From Proteromonas lacertae (taxonomy: Eukaryota), in contig NGBS01000297.1 in assembly GCA_002245135.1 (NCBI GenBank), forward strand, positions 1-64,000: DNA of 64,000 nucleotides, written 5' to 3'. The notes beneath the pieces were generated by a model. The model was given only the letters and a program-made list of their open reading frames with translations. It did not search any database and was not told where the DNA came from. Each line of letters begins with the position of its first letter. The first letter of the stretch is position 1. This document shows, one piece after another, positions 1 to 14,663 of this stretch. The translations under genes were made by a program, and so were the position numbers.

Positions 1-3000
1 GTAGTTGTGAAGTCAATGATTCAATCTCAGCCTTTAGATTTTCTATCATTATATCACTTTCTTGTTTAACAAGTAACAATTCTGAATAATTATTTCTAAT
101 GTATAAATATTATCATGAAGTAGAATAATTTCTTCACTATCCAACATTACACTCATTTTCTTTCTTTGAATTTTCTTCAACTAGTTTCTGAATAGATAAA
201 AGTTGTTCTTTGAGATTTAATATTTCAGAATCTTTCTGATTAATTAAGTAATGATTTTCACTTTCATTTTCTTTCATTTTGTTACATAGTATTTCATTCT
301 CATCTTTGTATTTAGCTAATTCTTCTATTTCATTTTCCAATAGTAATAGTTGAGATTGTAATGATTTCATTTCACATTCTTTGGATGAGTTTTCATTTTT
401 CATTTCTTCTAATTTCTTCTCATTTTCTTCATTTTCATTTATCAAACTATCTAATTTTAGTCTTAAATCATTGATTTCATTCTCTTTTCCCTTTTCATCA
501 TCTTTTACTCTATTCATTTCATTCTTTAATATTTCTATCTCTTTTTCTTTATTCTCCATCTCTTCTTTGTATAGTTCGATACTCTCTTTATATTCTTTCA
601 ATTCAGTTCGAAGATTTTCCATCTCATTACTGTTCATCGATTGCATACTCTTACTAGAATTTAATAATGTCTCAAATCCATTTGATAATTCATTTAGTTT
701 CTTACTTAAATCATTCTTTTCTTCTATTATTTCTTCTTTTCTTCTTTTAATTCTTCATTATCTTTTATTGTCTTTTCTAATTCTTTTTTCATCTTTCATT
801 TTCTTCAACATTCATTTCTACATTCTCTTTTAACTCTTTATTTCCTTCTCTTTATTATCTATTTCTTCTTTTAGTTTATTCTTTTCTTCTTTCAGTTTCT
901 TATTCTTCTCAAGAACATTGTTCACTTTACTCTCTAAGTCTTTTTCATTATTTATTAACTTATCAATTTGTTCATTCAAATCATTGATTTGATTTTCATA
1001 TTTTGTCTTTTCACTTTCATCATCTTTTACTCTATTCATTTCATTCTTTAATATTTCTATCTCTTTTTCTTTATTCTCCATCTCTTCTTTGTATAGTTCG
1101 ATACTCTCTTTATATTCTTTCAATTCAGTTCGAAGATTTTCCATCTCATTACTGTTCATCGATTGCATACTCTTACTAGAATTTAATAATGTCTCAAATC
1201 CATTTGATAATTCATTTAGTTTCTTACTTAAATCATTCTTTTCTTCTATTATTTTCTTCTTTTTCTTCTTTTAATTCTTCATTATCTTTTATTGTCTTTT
1301 CTAATTCTTTTTTCATCTTTTCATTTTCTTCAACATTCATTTCTACATTCTCTTTTAACTCTTTATTTCCTTCTCTTTATTATCTATTTCTTCTTTTAGT
1401 TTATTCTTTTCTTCTTTCAGTTTCTTATTCTTCTCAAGAACATTGTTCACTTTACTCTCTAAGTCTTTTTCATTATTTATTAACTTATCAATTTGTTCAT
1501 TCAAATCATTGATTTGATTTTCATTTTGTTTAATAGTATCTTTACTTATTTCCACTAATTTCATCTTCTCTTCATTTAGTTCTTTAAATTCTTCATCCAA
1601 TTTCTGTATTTGACTTTCATAGTCTTGTATTAATGATTCTTTATTAATCTCAGCATTGTCAATTTCAGATTGTAATTCCTTTATTGCTTCTTCTTTAGAT
1701 TTCTCTATTTCTACTTTATCATTTTTCAAATCGACTATTTGTTTCTGTAATGAATCTATCTGTTTTTCATAATTCTCTTTTACTTCATTTTGATTATGTG
1801 ATAATTCGTTCATTTGTACTTTATATTCTTTAATCATTTTTTCATTGTTTTCTTTCTCAGCTGATAATTGTTCTTTCAAATTTTCTACTTCTTTCTCACT
1901 TCTTCACATTTTTCATCTGCTTTTTCTTTGTTTTGTTCTAATACATGTAATTGTTCAGTTAAAACTTCAATTTGACTGTTTAAATCAGTTTCTATTGATA
2001 ATTTCTGTTCATTCAATTCAGATAATTCTCTTTCTAAATCCTCAACTTTCTTCTGTATTTCAAATTCATTGTGTTTAGTACTATCTTTTATCATATTCAA
2101 TTCATTTTCTAGCTCATTTATTCTATCTTTATCTTCATGATTTGAATTTTCTAATTCTGATATTTTACATTCTAATTGTGTATTTGTTAAATGTAATGAT
2201 TGAATTTCATTTTCATATTCCAATTTCTTAGTGTTATTCTTTAGTTTAATTCATTGATCTGTTTATTTGAATTTTCTAATTCTGATTCTAATTCACTATT
2301 CTGATTCTTTAATGATTCTATTTCTTCAATATATTTCTTTTGATTATCATTTAAACTGTTGATCTTATTTACTAAATCTTTGATTTTAGTCTCATACTCT
2401 TTCTTTGAATTTTCTTTCTCATTTTCAGAGTTTTGTGTCAATTCTGAAATTTCTAATTTCAATTTATTATTATCTTCAGTCAATTTCCTATTTATCATTT
2501 GATATTCATTAATTGAGATTGTAAGATCATTGATTCTTTCATTCAATGTGTTTTCAGTCTCTGTTTTATTCTCTTGAACTTTCTTCAACAATTCTAATAA
2601 TTCAGCATTTTCATTCTCTACTAGTTCCATTTTGGATTTATTATTATTCTCTAATTTATTTTTTGATACTTCTGTCTTTTCAATCTTTGATCTAGATTCT
2701 TATTCAATTCTTGAAGTTCTTTTATCTGTTTTTCTAATGTCTCTTTTGCTAATTCTAATAAATGTTTTTCATTCTCTAATGATTTTAACTGCATTTGGTA
2801 ATTATTACTATTCACTTCAAATTTCTTTCTTTCATTTTCACTTAATTTCAGTCGATCTTCCAATTGTTGTATTTTCTCTTTATCTTTTGTAATTTCTTGT
2901 TCAAATTCTTCTTTTTGAGTTTGAATTTCAGCTTCTAATGTGTCAATATAATCTTTAGAATGAGTTGATAAAGAGGTAAACTCCTTTGTTACTTTTCTTA

Positions 3001-6000
3001 ACTTATCTTTTAATGAAGTTATTATATTCTCATTTTCCACTTTATATCATTATATTCTTTTTCAAGAAGTGATTTACTGGTTAATAATTCACCATTTTCC
3101 TTTTCTAACTTATTAATTTGTTCTTTTAATACAATTTCTGTTTGTTCTTTTTCAATTTCATATTGTTTGATCTGTTCTGATAATTCACTATTTTGAGTCT
3201 GTATTTCTGCATAATTGATATTTAATGATTGTATTTCTTCATTTAATCTGTTAATTACTTCATTTTTCTTATTCATTTCTTCTAATGAATCTTTATAATA
3301 CTTATTGGAAGTTAAATTTTGTTCTTCTAATGATTTTATCTTCATTTCATATCTGATTCATATTCAGATATTTTCACTTTCAATTTATTATTTTCTGTTG
3401 TTAATGATGTTATTGAATCGAACTGAGAATTGTTCTTCTTCTCTAATGTCTTTAATTCTGCATCTTTTGTTATTAAATCACTTTGCATATCAGATATTTC
3501 ATGTTGTAATACACTATTGGTTTTTTCTAAATCAGAATATTTATTACTCAATTCATTCATTTGATTTTGTTGGTCTTGTAAAGTATTTTCTATTGTGTTT
3601 TTATAATTATCATATTCATTCTTTATTGTTAATAATTGAGATTCTAAATTAGCGATTGTTGTTTCATTTTGTTGTATTTTATAGCATAATCTGAATTTTC
3701 AGATTTATAATTATCTATCACTTGGTTTAATGATTCTATTTCTGACTTTAGATTATTGATTTCTTCATTTCTCATTGTTTCATTTTCATTGTTCTGTTTT
3801 GTTATTTCTTCTAACTTCTTCTCATTTTCTTCACTTTCATTTACTAAGCTTTCTAATTTTAACTTTAAATCATTTATTTCATTATCTTTTTCTTGGAATT
3901 TCTCATTTTCATCTTCCTTTACTTTATTATTCAATAATTCTATCTCTTCTTTATACAGTTTCATACTCTCTTTACAATCATATAATTCATTTTGAAGATT
4001 CTTCATATCATTATTACTATTAGATAATTCACTAAGTTTACGACCTATCTCATTCTTATCTTCTTTCAATTTTTCATTTTCTTCTTCACTCATTTGAAGA
4101 TTCTCTTTAAGTAGCTTTATTTGATTCATCAATGATTCTTTCTCTGAATCTAATCTATCATTTACATTATTTATCTCTTTTTCTTTATTCTCTAATTCTT
4201 CCTTTAATCTATCAATCTCATTCTCATAATTATCTTTCATTTCACTTATTTTTATCTCATTTTTCATCTTCTTTCTTTTGAATATCCAACTCAAAACTGA
4301 TTCTTTTCATTTTCTAATACTTCATACTTCTCTCTCACTTCCTCTAATTCGTGTTTTTAATTCTTCAATTTCACTATCTTTGATTTCACCTAACTCTATC
4401 TTTTGCGCAGTTAAAGCTTTGATATTCTCTTCTAATTTGATTATTTCATTTTCATATTTCTCTTTCATATCATCATATAAAGTTACTTTGTATCTTGATT
4501 TTATCTTCTAATTCACTTATTCTCTCTTTTTCTACCTGATTATTCTTCAATAATTCTATTTCATCAGATAATTCTTTGATTTTTCTTTCATATTGTTTGA
4601 TACTCTCATTATTTTCTGAATTTATAATTCTATTTTCTCTTCTAATTCTGTTTTGTGCTGTGATAATTGAGATAAATAATCTATTCAAATCGAGTAATCT
4701 TTTCTTCGACTACTAATTCTATAACAACTATAATCATTTGAAATTATATCCAATTGAGATTTCAATTCATTCACTTCTTCAGTATATACTATCATTCTTT
4801 ATCTTTTAATTGTATCAATTTAACATTCAGATTTGTTATTTCTTCTTCATCTTTTATAATCTGAGATTCATACGATGATTTTATATTCTCTATTTCCTCT
4901 TCATTTATTGTATTTACTTTTAATTCCAATTCATTCTTCAATGATTCAATTTCTGATTTTAAATCAATTATTTCTCTATTCTTCTTTTCATTTTCATTTG
5001 TTAGATTCTGTAATCTTGATTGATGGCTTGATTGTAATGTGTTTTGAGATTCCAATAATTCTTTTAAATTATTTTCTAATTCACTTATTCTTGATTTTGA
5101 TGTATTATTTCATCTTCTCTTTATCTTTCTCTAAATTAGTATTCTTTGATTCAAATCATTGATCATTTCTTCTTTGTTTGTCATTGATTCTTCATACATT
5201 GTTATTTTCTTTAGTTTTTTCCTCATTTTCCTTTGATAGAGATTCTATTTTTTCATTTAACTTGACCAATTTGTTCATTCATTACTTCAATATCATTATT
5301 AGATGATTTTAATGTAAGAATTTCCTCTTCTAATTTCTTTTTCTCTTCTTCAAATTGATTTAAATTATTCTTATATTCATTCTCTAAAGATTCTTTTGAT
5401 TTTCTTAATTGATCTATTAATAGTAAAGCATTTTGTACTCTCTTGTTGAAGTGAATCTAATTGTTTCTTATAAGTCTCTTCCAATTCATTTTTCTCATCT
5501 TCCATTTCTTTTAATTGATTTTCCAACTTTTCATTTAATAATTTCAACTTCTTATTTCATCCTTATTATTGTTCTTTTCCTTATTATCAGTTTCTTTATC
5601 TTTATTCTTTATATACTCTCTTATCTTATACAAATCTTCTTCATAATCATATTCTGTAGTTGTATTTACTATCTTTACAACTATCATTCTGTGTATGTAA
5701 TAAACTCTGATATATATCATGAATAGATGTTTTAATATCTTCATTCTCATTAACTATATTGATTAACGATTTCTCCTGATTTTCATATTCTAATTGTTTC
5801 TCAGATAAATGCATTTTCTAACATTTCTTTATCATTTTGTAATTGAGAAATTAATAATGATTGTTCTTGATAAGAAGAAGTTGGAATTGTAGTGGAATTA
5901 GATATATATACAATTGGTTCAAATGTTATGAGTGATAATAATATTGGATTAGTTGATTCTGATGTAGATATGGTTGATAATGATGTTGTGTAATTAGATG

Positions 6001-7937
6001 GTGAATTTGGTGGAGTTATTTTACCTGTTGCTTGTATTTTAATCAATTCATTATATTGATTTTGTAGTTTTTGGCAATGTTCTTGTGATTTGAAGTATAA
6101 TTCTTTATAATTATCATCATGAAGAATAGATTGGTTTGGTGTAATACTATTGAACATACTAACTACATTCCCTAAACCAAATGTGAGTTTAACATCTTTA
6201 TTATTATTATTTTGTTGTTGTTGTTCAGTTAATCTTTCATTATTTTCAGTGATTAAATCTAATTGTTTTCTTTGTTCATTTAAAGTATTAACTAATTCTT
6301 CATTCTCCAACAACATATCTTCATAATTCTGTTTCAAGCTGTTCTAATTCTTCATCTTTTTCTTCTTCTTTCTCAATCGTTATAAAATCATATATGTTAT
6401 ACTCATAATTCATATTATTACTATTTATTAATTGAAGTATCCATCATTGTTGATTGATCTAATTGTGTTTCTAAATCATTTACTGTAGTTTCCATTTTAT
6501 TCATATTGTGATTTAATCTATCATTTCTTCTTTTAACATCTTGTGGCTTTGAGATAACTCTATATATTTCTTCTGTATTTCATCTACAGCAATATCAAGA
6601 TCTTCATTATCATCTCCATCTAATGACATGATTGGATAATGAAGTGTTTTTAGTAAAAGATTTGATGATGGTTTGGTTGTTTGTTCAAGTGATAGTTTCT
6701 TATAAGCAGAATGTAGTGTTAAATACTTTGAGGATATTTCATTATACATTTGATAATATTTCTTATAATCATCCAACTGTTTTGATATGACTTTATTCTG
6801 CGATTTTAATTCATTAATTTCCTTTGATTCTGTTGTATGTTTATATTTATCTAATAATTCATCATATTTAACTTCTAATTCATCATATTTCTTACTCAAT
6901 TCTCTATTTTCTTCTAATAATTCCTCTTTCTGTTGTTTTAACTCCATAAAATCACTAGAGTCCATTTCATTGGCTAAAGATGTGTCTAATTGTCGTGTAT
7001 TGATGTTGACATTATTGAAGTCTCCATTATTGTCTTATTCTTCTCATCTATTACATCTTTTAATGCTGAAATTAGATCCGTTTCTCTCAATTTCTCTACT
7101 TTTTCAGGTGAAGATGGTAATTCTTCTAATTGCTTTTTATACCTTTCAATTATTTGTCTATTGATTTGTTTATCTTTTTCATATTCATTCATTAAGTCGG
7201 AATATTGTTGTTCATAAGAATGTGTTATTTCTTCTATTGCTTTATCTTTTTCTGTTAACTGTTGTTTTAATATTTCTATTTCTGTTTCTGTTCCTAGACT
7301 TCTATGTTTATTGTTATTTGCCTTTTTCAATTCTTTATCTTTTCTATCCAAATCTTTTCTCATCTCTTTTAATGTCTTTTTAAATGCTTCATTCTCTGTA
7401 ATCATTTCTTTCTTTTCATTTTGTAAATTAATTATTAGTTGTTTATCCAATTCTGATTGTGATTTTAATTCATTATATTGTTGTTGTAACTCATTATAAT
7501 CATTTGTTGTTTCATATTCGGATATTTTTCTTTCTAATGAATTATTCATTGTTGTTACAGATTCAAATTGTGATTCAAGTACTTGTATTTGATTCTTTAA
7601 AGTTTCATTTTCTTTTAATTTTTCATTTAATATATTCTCTAGATTTGAATAATCATCATCATTATCATCATTTGAAGTTAAAGATTTGTTATTTTCTAAC
7701 TGTAAATTCTGTTGTTTCAATTGACTTAATACCTTTTCACTTTCTATAATTCTATTATTCAATAAATCATTAGTTTGTTTCATTAAATTATATTGTCTTT
7801 CAATGTTATTAAACTGCTGTTCTAATGTATATTTTTCAGAAGATATTTCATTACATTTATTACTCCAATTATCTATCTCATTGATTAATATTTCATTCTT
7901 CTTCTCTAAATCAATACATCTCTTTGATACTTCATCC

Positions 7938-7971
<34 letters not shown>

Positions 7972-8910
7972 TATACATCTAATGTTTGAGATAAATTCAA
8001 ATTTGCTTTATCTAATTCATTTATTCTCTGTTGAAGTGTTTTAATCTTTTCTTCATATTCCATATTCTTTGTCATTGTATTTAATGAATTATTACTACTA
8101 TTCATACTATTACTCTCCAATGGTTTTGTCATTAAAATATAATTAAATAAATTTCTTTTACAGGTTGCTAATGGTGTTTGATACTTTTGTATTTCTTTAT
8201 CCATTGTCACTAATTTTTCTAAGTCTTTTCTTGCTTGTTCTTGCACACGTCTTATGGAGTGATGATCTTCTTTTAAGGACTGTACTTTAACTGCTAAATC
8301 ATCAATATCGTGAGTGAGAAATGATAATAAAATGTCTTGGAATAAATGCTTCAATTATATTACTTGTATGTTTGATTGAAGTTGGTAAAACCTATTGTAT
8401 ATATTATATATAGTATAATGATATTAATACTCCCTTGATTCTTTGTATTCTATTATTGATTCCATCAATAACTTCCTGTTTTGAAACATTACCTTGATTT
8501 GTTGCAAAAGTAGGAAAATCAAGTGTGTTTGATGATAATGCATCTCGAATCTGTAACAACGCCTTTATTAATACATCTTGTGGAGTTTGAGGAGTTCTAA
8601 CTGTTATTCTTGGAGGAGATAATGAAGAATGTTCTTGTCTGATTGTTCCAAAAGATGAATTGCTATATTCTAATGATGGACTAAATGATGACATTCTACT
8701 ACGAACAACATTTGGGGATGGATTGATAATATTCGAGGATACGGAGTAAGGATTCTGTGGAGGCTTTCCAGGTGATTTATTTATTTTACCTGGTGATAAT
8801 AATGATTTTACAGAATCAGTCATTGAAGTATAATTTGTAACAGGTGTTGCTGACGAGTTTGAAATTATTGTATATGGTGTACCATATTGATTGTTGTATT
8901 TATTGTCCAT
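1..8910 (-). CDS. Giant coiled-coil (E/K/N-rich) protein, multi-exon, runs off window start, many frameshifts in 1-6500
   Basis: ATG 8910 (MDNKYNNQYG); consecutive minus-strand heptad-rich ORFs; GT-AG introns at about 8392-8430 and 7937-7977; many remaining breaks sit in homopolymer-rich sequence. Confidence 0.6.
493..1524. repeat. Tandem direct repeat, two copies of about 510 bp (493-999, 1015-1524), inside the coiled-coil gene
   Basis: Near-identical DNA; MQSMNSNEMENLRTELKEYK and ENQINDLNEQIDKLINNEKD each encoded twice. Confidence 0.9.
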
Positions 8911-9073
8911 TATCTAGTAGATTGACTATGTCAGTCTCGAGAAAATGGATAAAAAGATTTAAAAATGAATTTTGCTTGAAAAGCTTGGTTGGATTTAAAA
9001 ATCAAAATAGATTTTAACCATAAACAAAAGAGAAAAATATGATGTTTATTAGTTCTATAATGTGTTTATGCAT

Positions 9074-10586
9074 TTATTCGTCTTTCTTGGATGGTTCGAA
9101 TGCAACATCTTGAGCCATTAAAGGAACAGCTAAATCTAGTCTTGGATGTGATGTTTTAAGATCGTCTAGTATTAAAAGGAATAAAATAATATATATATAC
9201 TAACAGTAATTCCTTTACCGTTATTCATTTTATTCATTTCTTCAATGACAAATTTAGTAGCATAAGTTGCTGCTAATATATCTTGGGTACTTCCAATTTC
9301 AGAGATAGTATGCATATTTCTAATTGGATAGCCAATACTAGTAACAGCGATATCTTTACTAGCTAACACACCAGCCATAGCATCAGTACCAGTGTCACCT
9401 CCAGCTCTATCAATTTGAATTGGAATATCATTTTCTTTAGCAATTTTTTTAAACTATAAAATATATATGAAGTAATATATACTAAAGTGTTTAAATAAGG
9501 ATGACAAGGTTGCTCCTTCGGAGATAGTAAATCCATTTCCCATCTTTAAAGGAGGTAAATGACGACCACCTAAATCAGGAGCAGCTTCATAATCATGATT
9601 CACTTACAAAACAGTTAAAGAAAATAATATAAATAAAAAATGTTAAGTAAAAAAAAATGGATATATCAGTTGCTAGAATCACATCTGGGTTTAATTCACC
9701 TGCAATTACTCTGCTTCCAAATCTTCCAATCTCTTCATATGGTACACAAGCAAATAAACAACGAATATTCTTAATTGCTTCAGTATTAGTGGAAAACAGT
9801 GCAACCAACTAATCAAATAACAATAAAATCAATAATATATACTTTAGCAGCCATAAAGCATCCTAAGCCATTATCTAAGTAAGCACCACTGAAAGTATTT
9901 GGAGCAAATGCTGGTTTGATGGGTCTATCAAAAATTATTGGATCACCCGGTTTAAGTCCAACTTTTTCTAAAAACTTCTTACTTTCTTTCTCATTCATAC
10001 CCAATTCAATGTAGATTTGTTTCTTTGTAATACCTCTTTCTCCTGATATTACTGAAGGTTCTGCGAAATGAATTGCACCTAATGCTTCTACTGTTGCACC
10101 TGTTATTACTCTATAAGATCCTAGTTTTTCAGTATCTTCTGTAAATATCTTTACTGGATTTCCTATTAATGTTGCTGGTAACATTGAGTCAGTACTTACC
10201 CATATTTTACCATCATTACCTATTTGTTGTACTTGCATTCTTATTTTATCAGCATGTCCAACAACCATAACAGTAAACATGTCAGTTTTATTTGGATTGG
10301 TATCTAGAACAATACCTGCATTACCTTTGAATGTGTGAATAGCCCAATCATTTTTCATGATTGATTTAAAAAATGGTTCAATAACTCCAAATGTCATACC
10401 ACCCTCCATTCCAACTGGACTATTTTAGATTATTTGATAAACTAAATACCTTGGAGCTGCTAAAATTTGTCTCATCAAATCAAAATCACCAGCTGACATT
10501 GGTTGCTTCCATGGTTTAACTCCATTAGCACTAGAAAATGCTCTAAATGAAAATAGTTTGCTCAATTTCGTAGAAGCTCTTAACAT
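9074..10586 (-). CDS. M42-family aminopeptidase with N-terminal mitochondrial-type presequence
   Basis: Spliced MLRASTKLSKLFSFRAFSS..LAAPSPVGME..GHADKI..AYLDNGLG..EEIGRFGS..ATDVNHD..GTDA..PIRNMHT; four GT-AG introns plus one AT-AA intron; one apparent +1 error near 9507. Confidence 0.85.
9604..9664 (-). other. U12-like AT-AA intron, 61 nt
   Basis: GAT|ATATCCATTT...TTCTTTAACTGTTTTGTAA|GTG restores ATD-VNHD. Confidence 0.8.
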
Positions 10587-10662
10587 TTTGACTTACTATA
10601 ATTATATTCGTTTCACAATTTTGAATCTAGATTTAATTCTTGTTTTTTTCTCATCCTAAGAA

Positions 10663-11253
10663 ATGATTGGTAAATTGGTTGGTGCTTTCGCTGTAGGTGT
10701 TGCAGGAACTGGAGCTGTAGCTGCTTGGTATGTTAATGTATGTGTTTTATTCAAATTTATATAAATATAGAGATCTGAAAATCAAGTAGTAAGAAAATAC
10801 ATTGAAAAGAAAGAAAAGGAAATGACTGAAACAGCTGCTCCAGCAGTTTTAGCAGATCTCGAAAAAAAGAGAAAAGAATTGAGAGAAAAAGACATGCAAG
10901 TACAACAATTGAACTTATTAATATCTGGAGAACAATTGGTAAGAGAAGAAGAGAAAAATAGACTTCTTGCTTTAAGAAATGAAGATTTGAAGAAAATGTC
11001 TAAAATGGAGAAGCAATTTATGGAAGAATTAGAAAAACAAAAACAATTATATACCAATGATATTAATACAAAAGAAAGACTATTATCAACTGAAAAGACA
11101 AAACATAATGAAGAATTAAAAGAAATTCGTGAAAAGAGGATGAAGGATTTACAAAACTTCTCAAGTTCTTGTGCTAAATTCTGTATGAATATGGAACGTA
11201 CATTAAACGGTGCTCCAGAAAAAGAAACTACAGAAAAGAAAGTTTCAGTATAA
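10663..11253 (+). CDS. Hypothetical coiled-coil protein with N-terminal hydrophobic segment
   Basis: MIGKLVGAFAVGVAGTGAVAAWYVN, one GT-AG intron, then joins ORF 10822-11253. Confidence 0.7.
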
Positions 11254-11331
11254 CTTATTAGTGTTTTTGACTATTATATTGTTTTTGTTAATGAAGTGGA
11301 ATAAACAAAACATAATACGAAAAAAAAAAAA

Positions 11332-11693
11332 CTATTCTGTTTTATCTTTATTTGATTTATCACTTACAGATTGTGATTGTGGTTGATTTTCTTTCATTGC
11401 ATCATTTAACAGTTTCACAGTACTATGTTAATTATATTGTACTTAAATATACTAATTGGCAGACACTAATAAACCAGTACTTAAAAACAATGTAATAAAG
11501 AGATGTACATTTGAATATCCAAGTATAACCAATGAAAATAAAATAAATATTAATGCAATCAATGATATGTTTAAGGATAGAATCAGTTTATTAGAGACTA
11601 AACAATTAAATAACTTATTTATATTATACCACCTGGTGCTAACATATCTTTTACAAACTTCACAAGTGCAGATTCCTGTTCTACTTCTGGCAT
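11332..11693 (-). CDS. PKR1: Pkr1-like V-ATPase assembly factor (small two-TM ER protein)
   Basis: Spliced over two introns: MPEVEQESALVKFVKDMLAPGVSNKLILSLNISLIALIFILFSLVILGYSNVHLFITLFLSTGLLVSANY; absent from the ORF track. Confidence 0.6.
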
Positions 11694-11762
11694 TTTGATA
11701 AAAAAGAAATATCTATTCAAGCCAAGCTCTTATCACATTTTTTAAGTTTTCAGGTCTTAAAG

Positions 11763-13527
<1,765 letters not shown>

Positions 13528-13614
13528 CTAATATATAAGATTAGATTTTTTTATTCAAATGTTTATAATTTTGTTAATCACCACTCACACAAGAATGTAT
13601 TACATAATTATAGT

Positions 13615-14010
13615 TTATAAATACGGACATAAAGAAGCTAAACTAGGTTTTGAAGCTATTAATTCAAATCTTATTCTTTTTTTATCATAAACTGAAATAA
13701 GAGTTATTAACCCCATAAAAGTAATATAAAATTTATTCTCTATTCTCAATATACACATATTACTTTCAGAATAGTATTTTAGAACATCAAAAGTGAGTAA
13801 TTTCATTCCTTCATCTCCATATCCAGTTTTTATAAATGACAACTACAGTAAATTAGAATTCAACATACAATAATCATTTTAATGCTTTTATCGTCTAATT
13901 TCTTCATTTTTTGATCACAATGACTAATAACATTATATACTATAGTATTAATACATCCTGAATAGCATAAATGAATAATTACAAGCAATGTCCTTCTTAA
14001 TATCGCTCAT
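13615..14010 (-). CDS. RNase P/MRP subunit, Rpp14/Pop5 family
   Basis: Two introns; GYGDEGMKLLTFDVLKY..CILRI..LITLISVYDKKRIRFELIASKPSLASL fits the Rpp14 pattern. Confidence 0.6.
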
Positions 14011-14071
14011 AGTCCAAAAATGTACATTAGGTTTGATTCTAAGTTTGAGAATAAAAAGAAGTTTTACGATT

Positions 14072-14539
14072 ATGGATGAAATAGAAGCTGAATTGGCTGA
14101 AGCCAAAATGAAGGAAGAAGAAGAAAAGTCGTTGTTAGTATTTGTAACTGGTTATCCTACCAGTGCTTCAATAGTATTTATCATAAATCTGTAATATGAA
14201 ATAGAATGATATAACGTCAATATTTTCGCAATGTGGAGAAGTGGAAGATGTGAAAATGACGATATCAGAAGCTACCATCAAATACAAATTCCATAATGCA
14301 GGTATATTCATTTATATACATATGTAGTTGAAGAGGCCTTAAAGAAGCTTAACCAAACATCATTTATAGGTCATATTTTGACAGTCACAAGAACAAAACA
14401 AATTAAATCACCTACACACAAAAGTTCACCTGTAAAAACTGAAATAGCACCTCCTCCACCAGATGAAAAAAGAAAAAGTAGTATTAAAAAGACAAATTGG
14501 GAAATTATTAATGAAATATCAAATAATAAATCAGAATGA
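14072..14539 (+). CDS. RRM-domain protein
   Basis: VFVTGYP..|NDITSIFSQCGEVEDV..A|VEEALKKLNQTSFIGHILTV; two introns. Confidence 0.7.
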
Positions 14540-14663
14540 AGTGTATGCATAGAAATGTATATTATTTATTAAACTATATGATGTATATTTCGAATTAAGA
14601 ATATGTATTTGTGTTTTAGATATGAAAATAACATAAATTGAAAGATAATTAAATTAATCGAGT

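Noticed and set aside
1..6500. Many short minus-strand ORFs as separate genes, or as evidence of stop-codon reassignment
   Set aside because: The breaks change frame rather than being in-frame stops, and other genes end normally on TAA, TAG or TGA
381..7749. Plus-strand F/S/L/I-rich ORFs, and similar antisense ORFs elsewhere
   Set aside because: Shadow frames of E/K/N-rich genes on the opposite strand
7937..7977. (AAT)n tracts here and at about 12395, 12750, 33410 and 50670, and the WH2 repeats, as CRISPR-like or mobile repeats
   Set aside because: Simple microsatellites in introns or poly-Asn tracts, or coding repeats; no spacers, transposase or terminal repeats
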